Shown here one piece after another: positions 24,108-35,400 of a stretch of 61,462 bases of DNA. A model generated the notes under the pieces. That model was not told where the DNA came from and made no database searches. It was given only the letters and a program-made list of their open reading frames with translations. Position 1 is the stretch's first letter; the number at the start of each line of letters is the position of its first letter. Source of the DNA: Cyanophora paradoxa CCMP329 (taxonomy: Eukaryota > Plantae > Glaucophyta); NCBI GenBank assembly GCA_004431415.1, contig QPMI01000287.1, positions 1 to 61,462 on the forward strand, written 5' to 3'. The translations under genes and the position numbers were made by a program.

Positions 24108-24368
24108 TTTTATACATATTTTATTGATTTTATGCATATTTTAACATAAATTTAATAAAATATTTAAATAAATTAGCCCTGCCAATTTCGGAAATCCGGG
24201 TCGGCGAACGAAATTAAGGGTCACGTCCGGGTCACATCCGTCCCGCGTGTTCGCCCACTACCCGCCCTGAATCAATTCACGCACTCACCTCGACGATGAC
24301 GTCACGCGACTTTCCATCCACTCTCTCGTGGATCGAATCTCGAACTTGTACGCTGCAATCTCGACAGC

Positions 24369-27300
24369 TGTCATGAATCAATTTCGATCCTGACTCCCCT
24401 AAGACGACCGCTTGCAAGCGCGAGGGCTTAAGCAGCGGTAGACTTTGTATTATTAATAAGAGAAATTAGAAAATTAGACTGCCTACCCCGTCCCCCACAC
24501 AACAGCTAGCCCCCTGGGGGTTATCACCCCCTCTCCGCTAGCTCTGCGCCACAAAAGGGCGCAAGCGATCGACGTGGGCGACGAAAGGATACTTGGGCCT
24601 CGTCGGATCCCATAGCAGATAATTAACCGCCGAGGTCCGTTTCAATATCGCATAGGGTCCCGTGAATCTTGGCTGAAAGCCAGATGAAGCAGGATCACGT
24701 AGAAGAACCATGTCGTCAATTTTGAATTCAGTCCAATCGTTGTCAGCATTTTCCTCGGCAATTTTTGCAGCTCGTTTAGAGTTGATGTTATCGACCTTCT
24801 CCATAGCGACCATTAAGTTTTGCATCATGGAAGATACATAATCAGAAATTTTCTCGTTCTCCGGTAACAGAGATAAGTCGTACGGCATGATAGGATCGCG
24901 ACCGTATGCCAAGAAGAACGGAGAGATGCCCGTTGTGCGGTTGACGTGGCTGCGCACCGCAAACAAGGCCGGCGCAACAAATTTGTCCCAGTTGTCGTTG
25001 TCCTCATTAACGTAATTGTAGATGATGTTCTTGAGGGTCTGATTGAAACGTTCGACTTTTCCTGTTGCCATAGGCCGGTAGCCGGAATTAAGAGTCGATT
25101 TGATGCCAAGCTTCGCCAACAGCAGTCTTGTGACATTGCTGGTAAATGCACCGCCTTGGTCGGTGTAGATCATGCGTGGTGCACCATGCCGGCAGATGAG
25201 CTGTTCATAAATTACGTTGCAAGCAGCCTTGGCTGACATAGATGGTGTTGCGACAGCCTCCGGATAACCTGTGTATACGCAAATGGCAGTGCAAATATAC
25301 CGATTGCCGCGAGATGTAGTAGGGAGAGGTCCAATGAAATCCAACTCGACAACTTCAAAGGGTCGAGAAGCGGGAATTCCAAGAGACACAATTTTTCGAT
25401 TTCTTTCAAGTGGTAGGAAATGCTTGCGCGAGTGCAAATGCTCGTGAAGTCGTGAACTAGCCGAAATGAAAGTGCCAAAGTGGCCTCTCTCGAACTGTCC
25501 AAAACTTTTTGAAACAAGCACTTCCCGGGACGAATACCCTTTTCCACTTCTCGGGGAAGATCCCCTTTTTGAAACAAACACTTCTTGGGGAAGATCCCCT
25601 TTTCCACTCGGAATTTGAGAATTTGAAGCACGCAAATGCGGTTGACCATCCGGCACACTGACCAGGATTGTATCCAAAGAATCAATTCTACAACTACTAG
25701 CATCTTTCTTTTCATTGGCAACGATATGGAAATTGGTTGATTGGGAAATAGTGGATGGTGAAAGAGAAGAAGAAAAGAGATGATCAGAACAACTGTTGAC
25801 TTGTTTCGAAGTTCGAAAGCTGCTCCGAAAGTGGCTGGTTTCTTGGCCCCCCCAGCCTGGCGGGCAGAAACAGGCTGTTTTAGGCTTTTCCTGCAGAGCG
25901 GGGCTGCGAAGCGCCCCGACCCTTGGGGTCAGCCGACGACCCACGGCGCTCAACGGAGCGACCGCGATCATCGCCACCAGAATAATTTGCAAAATCACGA
26001 GAATCGCGCTGGGAATATTTGCCATTCCCACGACCACGACCTCCGTATCCACCACGATTGAAGTTGTAATTTCCACGCCAAGTGTCACCCTGGGGGCGAG
26101 AACTCACTTGGTAAGCAATATTTTTAATTTCTTCTACTACAGAACTCATTGTGCGCTTGAAATCCGAGCGCATTCCATCCACGTCAGAACGCAACTCATC
26201 AATCTTTGAATCCATGCGAGCAGAAACTGTTTTCACTTCAGCCCGTACTTTGTCCACAACAAAATCTTCAATCTCGGCACGAGTCATACCGGTGGACGAG
26301 GCAGGGGAACCACGCTCTGTAGGAAGAGACGTTGGACCCACTCCTGGCGTCATTGAAACACCGGGAAATTTAGAAAGTCCAAGGGAGTCCTTCAACTTCT
26401 TCTCCCAAAGAATCTCCAAGCGATGCACAAATGTCGAAAAATTAGCAAATTGGGGTAAATCGCCATGCAAATCGAGATCGTTCCAGACATGCTCCATAAC
26501 AGTTCGCTCAGTCAACTCAGGGAAACATTCCTTGGAACGCTCAAACTTCTCAGTAGCATAAGTTCCATAAGAGACATAATTTTTGCTTCCAGCACTAGCA
26601 ATGGCATAATTGAAATTCCAATAATGATTGGTCCGCTCATTAATCACAGCTTGGTGCCGGAAATGCGCCGTATAAGCCTGAACAAACGCAGGCCAGTCAA
26701 CGCATCCCAAAGCGACTGGGTGAAAAGAGGCACAAAATCCAAAAGTGAAACTGTTTGCAATCTTCAATCTAATCTGAGACCAAATAAAATTGTGATCAAG
26801 CTGCACTTGCTGAGGCCAAGTGTTCACAGGCTGATCATCATTTGCGATCGGCATGTCGCGAGCAGAGAGCGGGTCTGATTCAAGAAACGAGCCGGAGAAC
26901 TGGACTCGAACTTTGGGAACTCTACCGATTTTAGGAAACCCTTCAGCACGTCGCGACTCGGCTGAGGGTTACCCATTTCGTCGAAATCAATATCAACAAA
27001 TGCGAGATCTTCGTCGTCGGAGTCGGCCAGTGCTTCGAGCACAACCCGACGAAGCAGATCCGGTAAGTACGAGCCAATTACGAAATCATAAATAGCAGAA
27101 TCACGACGGGTGAAACGATCCACTTTTTTTTCTGCGTTACACGCCATGCACGTACGCAGCAACAGGAACACAATCAGAACACCAAAACGTCGGCATCCCG
27201 CCGGAAAACACCGAACGATCCACAAAGATCCACAGAACGCGTGTTAAAATCCGCGGTATTGGCCCCAAATGTCCCGTAGTACACTATGGGTTCAACGCTG

Positions 27301-27405
27301 ATAGACCAGGACAAGTTCCTGGACACCACACTGTATTTCCACCCAACACACCAACTGAGGGGCAAGCCCCCGTACATCACGAGCCCCGTGAGTTGACTTC
27401 CGTCA
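24369..27405 (-). mobile_element. Internally deleted/chimeric LTR element: gag, short pol stub fused to integrase core and C-terminus, PPT, putative 3' LTR
   Basis: gag 25880-27147 (frameshift ~26850); integrase ELDFIGP/TDQG/VERF/GPY in ORF 24538-26088 with no PR, RT, RH or HHCC; PPT GCGGAGAGGGGG then TG at 24526; PBS-like TGGTGTCCAGG near 27320. Outer boundaries are uncertain. Confidence 0.75.
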
Positions 27406-27858
27406 CCGTAATACGCGGCAGCGGTTACCGTTCCCGTGAGAAGTTCTCGGGACGTATGGATAGTCGCGATTATGCTGAATTCGCGATCGTAATCTTTTGA
27501 AGGGGGATCTCGCGTTCTTTTTGTAGTGGCGAGACCGGGTATTTCGAGACTTGTGGGTGTTTTTTCGGTTTACGAACGGAATATACAATTGTAACTTTTT
27601 CGAGATCGAAACGCGATTTCGAAGATGCTAAAATCTCACTCCATACTGCGTAACCTGCCAGAGTGCTCTGGCGAATCCAAGCGCCCCCTGCCTGCTGTTT
27701 CGTGTGGGTGGGGACCCCTGTGAAATTTCGGGGGGCGGTCGGGGCCACCCCGAACCCAACCCCGAAACTAGAAAACTAACACCCCTCCCTATCATGCAAA
27801 CCTGCCAGAGTGCTCTGGCGAATCCCTGCACTCCCTGCCTGCTGTTTCGTGTGGGTGG

Positions 27859-28168
27859 CATCAACAGTGTTGATTTATCCCCCACACTATCTGGCAACTT
27901 CAATTTAAGTGAAGTGGCAAATCTCACAATCCAAAAGATTGGGATAGAAAGCTTCCAAGGACAAATGGCAGAAGTAATTATTTACAATCGTGCTTTGTCA
28001 GCTGATGAGAAGGGCTTTCACATTTGCAGATGTGTTAATGTTCCTTGCTGCAAGACATAAATTAAATCCAAGACGTGTAACATTAAGCACATATGGTGTT
28101 ACTATCAAATCATATGCGAGCGCAGCTACGTCTAAACTCACCGTAATTGCAGGAGTGGAAGGTAATTC
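27859..28168 (+). pseudogene. Captured LamG/ConA-like domain gene fragment (insert X, copy 1)
   Basis: Translates to FQGQMAEVIIYNRALSADE, the typical Laminin_G_3 C-terminal motif; AT-richer than the flanks. Confidence 0.65.
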
Positions 28169-28938
28169 AACACCCCTCCCTATCATGCAAACCTGCCAGA
28201 GTGCTCTGGCGAATCCCAGCGCCCCCTGCCTGCTGTTTCGTGTGGGTGGGGACCCCTGTGAGATTTCGGGGGGCGATCGGGGCAGCCCCGAACCCAACCT
28301 CGAAACTAGAAAACTAACACCCCTCCCTATCATGCAAACCTGCCAGAGTGCTCTGGCAAATCCCAGCGCTCCCTGCCTGCTGTTTCGTGTGGGTGGGGAC
28401 CCCTGTGAGATTTCGGGGGGCAATAGGGGCAGCCCCGCACCCAACCTTGAAACTAGAAAACTAACACCCCTCCCTATCATGCAAACCTGCCAGAGTGCTC
28501 TGGCGAATCCCAGCGCTCCCTGCCTGCTGTTTCGTGTGGGTGGGGACCCCTGTGAGATTTCAGGGGGCGATCGGGGCAGCCCCGAACCCAACCTCGAAAC
28601 TAGAAAACTCACACCCCTCCCCATCATGCAAACCTGCCAGAGTGCTCTGGCGAATCCCAGCGCTCCCTGCCTGCTGTTTCGTGTGGGTGGGGACCCCTGT
28701 GAGATTTCGGGGGGCGGTCGGGGCCACCCCGAACCCAACCTCGAACCTAGAAAACTAACACCCCTCCCTATCATGCAAACCTGCCAGAGTGCTCTGGCGG
28801 ATCCCAGCGCTCCCTTCCTTCTGTTTCGTGTGGGTGGGGACCCCTGTGAAATTTCGGGGGGCAATCGGGGCAGCCCCGCACCCAACCTTGAAACTAGAAA
28901 ACTAACACCCCTCCCTATCATGCAAACCTGCCAGAGTG

Positions 28939-30116
28939 GCCCGCTGCGTTGAATCTCTCAGCCAATTTGGAACAAGAGAAAGGTAACGGAGAAGGGGCTT
29001 ACGACGCTAAGTGCAGTCTCGAAAGCGGGTGTCCAGTACGGGTACTCTCCGTCCCCACGCAGGGTCTCGTAGAAGTCATAGACCGCCTTTCGATTGGCCC
29101 CGGGCTTAGCATGCGGGATCAGAATTCCGGCTGATCCCGGACAGAGTGCCAGAATTGATGCGTGGGCGCCCTGCTCGACGACCGGCAGCGCGCCGTCGGT
29201 CACATAGCCGAACGTCACGACGCTCATGGCCATCTCCGTCTCCCCTTTCTGCAGCAGAGGGATCACCTCCACGACTGACTTGAACTCGCCAGGAATCTTT
29301 TCGTTAAGGTCCCTCCAGATGTCGGTGTCGGCCTCATCTGCGACGTCATCAATACTCTGATTGGCAGGACAACTGAAGCTAGGCAGTGAATATCGGACCG
29401 TAACGACCAAAAAGCGGGCCGTGGTTATTGAGATCCGCCGCTAAACAGAAGAGGATCCGACCCGTGAAGCTTACGGCATACGTGCTGCCGAATCCGGCGT
29501 TGTTCATGATGATCTCGAGCTGCTCGGGCTTGAGACGCAGCTCCTTTGCTCGTTCGCACGTCAGGCGGGCCGCAGGTTGTGACGGCGGATCATCGCGACC
29601 CCGCTTCCCGTTGCTGCTCGAGCCGGAGGCTGCCGACGGGTTCCAAACATCTGTACGGCTGGTCCAGGTTGCCGGCGCAATACCCGCGCGGTCCCGCAGG
29701 CGTACGGCCTCGAATACGGAGGGGACTACGAACGCCGCTTGCATGATCTGGCGACCTCGCAGGGGTTAGCAGGACGGAGGCGCTTGAGCAGGAAGTTGCT
29801 TTGCACCAAGCCCCAACAGCATACTGAGGGGTGGTTGAAATATGGGCCCCGGGTTTCAATATGGCGGACAGTGAGGATCTGAGCACCCATGCATGCAGTG
29901 TTCATGATGATCATGATTTGATCATGAGGCTTTGCAAAGACCCCGACCTTATAACTGACTGGAGAGGTGTACCTGGGGTATTTCAAGGGATCTAGATTTG
30001 ATTTTGATAGTGGCAAGCGCTGAAAGCGTGCTTGTACCTCGCCGGGCAATAGTGGGCCCCTATTCACCAGCATGTCATTTGTGCCAGATCGCACAGCAGC
30101 ACAGCCTCGGAACAGT
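28939..30116 (-). other. Unclassified 1.18-kb insert Y (frameshifted ORFs 28958-29744); second copy at 31532-32310 plus 37112-37514
   Basis: Non-satellite and duplicated; the second copy is split by the intact Gypsy. Confidence 0.7.
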
Positions 30117-30440
30117 CTGTGAGATTTCGGGGGGCGATGGGGGCAGCCCCGAACCCAACCTCGAAACTAGAGAACTACCACCCCCCCCTATCATGCAAAC
30201 CTGCCAGAGTGCTCTGGCGAATCCCAGCGCTCCCTGCCTGCTGTTTTGTGTGGTGGGGACCCCTGTGAGATTTCGGGGGGCGATCAGGGCAGCCCCGAAC
30301 CCAACCTCGAAACTTGAAAGCTTACACCCCTCCCTATCATGCAAACCTGCCAGAGTGCTCTGGCGATATCAGCGCTCCCTGCCTGCTGTTTGGTGTGGGT
30401 GGGGACCCCTGTGAGATTTCGGGGGAAGAGGGGGGCAGCC

Positions 30441-30761
30441 ACCACAGTAGGCATCAACAGTGTTGATTTATTCCCCACACTATCTGGCAACTTCAATTTA
30501 AGTGAAGTGGCAAATCTCACAATCCAAAAGATTGGGATAGAAAGCTTCCAAGGACAAATGGCAGAAGTAATTATTTACAATCGTGCTTTGTCAGCTGATG
30601 AGAAGGGCTTTCACATTTGCAGATGTGTTAATGTTCCTTGCTGCAAGACATAAATTAAATCCAAGACGTGTAACATTAAGCACATATGGTGTTACTATCA
30701 AATCATATGCGAGCGCAGCTACGTCTAAACTCACCGTAATTGCAGGAGTGGAAGGTAATTC
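30441..30761 (+). pseudogene. Captured LamG/ConA-like gene fragment (insert X, copy 2)
   Basis: Near-identical to 27859-28168 with ~10 extra 5' bases. Confidence 0.65.
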
Positions 30762-32310
30762 AACACCCCTCCCTATCATGCAAACCTGCCAGAGTGCTCT
30801 GGCGAATCCCAGCGCCCCCTGCCTGCTGTTTCGTGTGGGTGGGGACCTCTGTGAGATTTCGGGGGGCGATCGGGGCAGCCCCGAACCCAACCTCGAAACT
30901 AGAAAACTAACACCCCTCCCTATCATGCAAACCTGCCAGAGTGCTCTGGCAAATCCCAGCACTACCTGCCTGCTGTTTCGTGTCGGTGGGGATCCCTGTC
31001 AGATTTTGGGGGGCAATGGGGGCAGCCCCGAACCCAACCTGGAAACTAGAAAACTAACACCCCTCCCTATCAGGCAAACCTGCCAGAGTGCTCTGGCGAA
31101 TCCCAGCGCTCCCTGCCTGCTGTTTGGTGTGGGTGGGGACCCCTGTGAGATTTCAGGGGGCGATCGGGGCAGCCCCAAACCCAACCTCGAAACTAGAAAA
31201 CTCACACCCCTCCCCATCATGCAAACCTGCCAGAGTGCTCTGGTGAATCCCAGCGCTCCCCGCCTGCTGTTTCGTGTGGGTGGGGACCCCTGTGAAATTT
31301 TGGGGGGCGGTCGGGGCCACCCCGAACCCAACCTCGAACCTAGAAAACTAACACCCCTCCCTATCATGCAAACCTGCCAGAGTGCTCTGGCGGATCCCAG
31401 CGCTCCCTTCCTTCTGTTTCGTGTGGGTGGGGACCCCTGTGAAATTTCGGGGGGCAATCGGGGCAGCCCCGCACCCAACCTTGAAACTAGAAAACTAACA
31501 CCCCTCCCTATCATGCAAACCTGCCAGAGTGGCCCGCTGCGTTGAATCTCTCAGCCAATTTGGAACAAGAGAAAGGTAACGGAGAAGGGGCTTACGACGC
31601 TAAGTGCAGTCTCGAAAGCGGGTGTCCAGTACGGGTACTCTCCGTCCCCGCGCAGGGTCTCGTAGAAGTCATAGACCGCCTTTCGATTGGCCCCGGGCTT
31701 AGCATGCGGGATCAGAATTCCGGCTGATCCCGGACAGAGTGCCAGAATTGATGCGTGGGCGCCCTGCTCGACGACCGGCAGCGCGCCGTCGGTCACATAG
31801 CCGAACGTCACGACGCTCATGGCCATCTCCGTCTCCCCTTTCTGCAGCAGAGGGATCACCTCCACGACTGACTTGAACTCGCCAGGAATCTTTTCGTTAA
31901 GGTCCCTCCAGATGTCGGTGTCGGCCTCATCTGCGACGTCATCAATACTCTGATTGGCAGGACAACTGAAGCTAGGCAGTGAATATCGGACCGTAACGAC
32001 CAAAAAGCGGGCCGTGGTTATTGAGATCCGCCGCTAAACAGAAGAGGATCCGACCCGTGAAGCTTACGGCATACGTGCTGCCGAATCCGGCGTTGTTCAT
32101 GATGATCTCGAGCTGCTCGGGCTTGAGACGCAGCTCCTTTGCTCGTTCGCACGTCAGGCGGGCCGCAGGTTGTGACGGCGGATCATCGCGACCCCGCTTC
32201 CCGTTGCTGCTCGAGCCGGAGGCCGCCGACGGGTTCCAAACATCTGTACGGCTGGTCCAGGTTGCCGGCGCAATACCCGCGCGGTCCCGCAGGCGTACGG
32301 CCTCGAATAC

Positions 32311-32424
32311 TGTTGGCAGCGCTAGTTTTTGTCTTCTTATTGTTCACCCGTGCATACAAGAATAGCTCCTTACTACTGGGGGGGGGGGAAACGAGAGAGA
32401 GAGCCTGCAGGCAGGAGCCTGTCA
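32311..32424 (-). repeat. 3' LTR (114 bp)
   Basis: Identical to 36998-37111; preceded on the minus strand by PPT GCGGAGAGGGGA. Confidence 0.97.
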
Positions 32425-32435
32425 TCCCCTCTCCG

Positions 32436-35400
32436 CTAGCTCTGTGCTACGAAAGGACGCATTCGGTCAACGTGGGTAACGAAAGGAAACTTGGGCCGCT
32501 CTGGGTCCCATAAGAGATAGTTGACCGCGGACGTCCGCTTCAAAACAGCGTAAGGTCCAGTAAACCGGGGTTGTAAACCTTTCGCCCCAAGGTCACGAAC
32601 TAGGACCATGTCGTCAATCTCAAAACGTGTCCAATCATCTTTAGCATTCTCTGCCATCACTTCCTCCTTGCGCTTTGCGAAAATACTGTCAACTCGCTGC
32701 TTGGCATCATTCAATCGAGTAAGCATATGTTCCAAGTAGTTCGGCTGTTCCGACTCGTGAGAAAGAAATAAATCGTAAGGAAAGACCGCATCGCGTCCAT
32801 AAACGAGAAAGAACGGCGATACGCCCATTGTCTTGTTTACGTGGCTTCGAATCGCAAACAATGCTGACGAAATATACTTATCCCAATCCGAGTGCTCGTC
32901 ATTTATGTAATTGTAAATAATATCCTTGAGAGTTTGGTTGAGCCGTTCGACCTTGCCAGTCGCCTGAGGTCGGTATCCAGAGTTGAGCACGGATTTAATT
33001 CCGAACTTGCTACAAAGTCGTTTTGTTACTCCACTAGCAAATGCTCCACCTTGATCAGTGTAAATCATTTTTGGAACTCCATGCCGGCATATGATGTCCT
33101 CATAAAGCATGTTGCAAGCAGCCTTGGCCGACATTGATGCAGTTGCACGAGCTTCACCATATCCAGTATAGACACATATAGCTGTACAAATAAAGCGATT
33201 GCCTCGGTTTGTAGTAGGTAGAGGGCCGATAAAATCCAGTTCAACAACCTCAAAAGGCCTTGAAGCTTCTACCATTTGCTGAGGCGCTTGTGAACGACCT
33301 GTCAGAGGTTTCCGATATTGACACTTTATGCAGTTAGAAACGAACTTTTTCACATCTTCATTCATGGGTTTCCAGAAATACTTCCGTTTCAAATCAAATA
33401 AAATTTTCTCATGTCCAAAGTGTCCAGACATGGGGTGATCATGAGATTTCGAAATCAACTCATGCTGTAAAGACTTAGGAATAACCACTCTGTGCTGCAG
33501 ATTGGAAGGCTTGAAAACCAGAATCCCATTCTTGTTTAAGCCGAAAAACTGGGATGTGCGTAAAAGCTTTTCATTGTGTGAGTTGTTGCCTTCCAGAATA
33601 TCAATAAGTGATCTACAAAACTCATCTTGGCGTTGGGCCTCGAACAATTCCTCGAACTTATCATCTCCAAATATCATCTCAAGATGCAAAATATCTAAAA
33701 CATCTTCAGCGCTTTTGCTGATATCAGGAGCCACTGGGTAACGTGATGGGCCATCAGCCTTGTTCAATAGTCCTCTCCGATATTGAATGTCAATGTCATA
33801 TTGCTGAATCAGAGCTGCCCATCGAGCGAGCTTTCCCTTTTCGGGTTTCAAAGAAAACAGCCATTCTAATGCCTTGCAGTCAGTGTAGAGAATCGATTTG
33901 GGGGCACCTTTGATGTAGTGACTCCAAGTGTTGAGACAATCAACAACAGCTGCACATTCAGCCTCCGAAGCTGGCATATTTCTTTCTTCTTTTCTCCATT
34001 TTCTGCTATAGAAGTAAACTGGCATGATTTTTCCATCCTTCTCCTGCGATAGTATACCTCCAATGCCTTTATCACTGGCATCAGTTTCAAGAATGAAACG
34101 CTTGTTGAAATCAGGGAAGTGGAGAACAGTCTTTTTCAATAACTCTTGCTTCACCTGCTCAAAGAGTTGCTGATGGTGGTCTGTCCACTTCCATTCAATA
34201 TTCTTCTGTGTCAATTCATATAAATCAGATGTGATTTGCGAGAAATTTTGGACATTGTCCCTATAATAGTTGCAAGTTCCCAAGAAAGATCGCAAACTGG
34301 ATATATCTGTTGGCTGTGGAAACTCAGCAATGGCCTTTAACTTTGCTGGATCGGGACTCCTTCCAGTTCCATCAACAATATGCCCAAGAAATTTCAATTC
34401 GTTTTTAAATAGGTGACACTTACTAGGTTTTAACTTCGCGTGGTTTTTCCGCAGCCTGTTGAACACTTTCTGCAAATGGGTGCAATGGTCTTCAAAAGAC
34501 TTTGAGAAAGTAATCAAATCGTCAATAAAAACAAGCACAAATATCCACAGATAATCGTTCAACATTCCTTCCATTATAGACTGAAAGGTTGGGGGTGCAT
34601 TAGTGAGCCCCATTGCCATCACTTTTAGCTGAAATAATCCAAACGGCGTTTTGAATGCTGTCTTTTCTTTGTCTTGATCCTTCATCTTAACTTGCCAGAA
34701 CCCACTTGAAAAGTCCATTGTGGAGAAAAACTGGTTGCCTTGAAGGGCATCCAACATGTCCTGTATCTTGGGAAGAGGATACACATTCTTCTTTGTAATT
34801 GCATTCAACTTGCGATAATCAGTGACTAGCCGCATTTCATCTGTGCCTTGCTTTGTAACAAAGAAAGCTGGTGCTGACCAAGGACTCTGCGAAGGCTCAG
34901 CAATGTTTCTGGAAATCAAATCTTCCAGTGTTGTTTTGAAAAGTGCTCTATCCTTAGGAGACCAGTGCATAGGCCTTGAATTAATGGGAAGTGAAGATCC
35001 AGTGTTGATAGAGTGCTCACCTGGTAAACAAGCCTTGGGATCAAAAACAAATTTTTCTACAAACACATCACAATTGTTTCGCAACAAAGCCTCTATCTTT
35101 TCCTTCTGATCAGCTGTAGCTCCTGAAAATCCATAATCAATTTGCGACTTGATCTTTTCGAAGTACTCTTTATCGAATGAAGGTGCAATTGTAGAGACTT
35201 CAAAGGACTTTCCAGGAATCTCTTTTTGACCAATATCCAAAGACATGATCTCACAGTCCATTTTAGGCCACCATTCTCCACACGTTAGCCCTTTGTTCAA
35301 AATTACAGGGAAATCGTTCAAGTTGTACAAAACAGATGAAGTGAGGCCATTCGAAACTTGCTGAACAGTGGAGAGTCCATAAACTCCAGGGACAATTTCG

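Larger units (their letters stand above)
27652..31531 (+). repeat. Satellite blocks (27652-27858, 28169-28938, 30117-30440, 30762-31531) within a 2593-bp composite duplication
   Basis: Paired ORFs offset by 2593 bp (27990/30583, 28958/31551). Confidence 0.93.
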
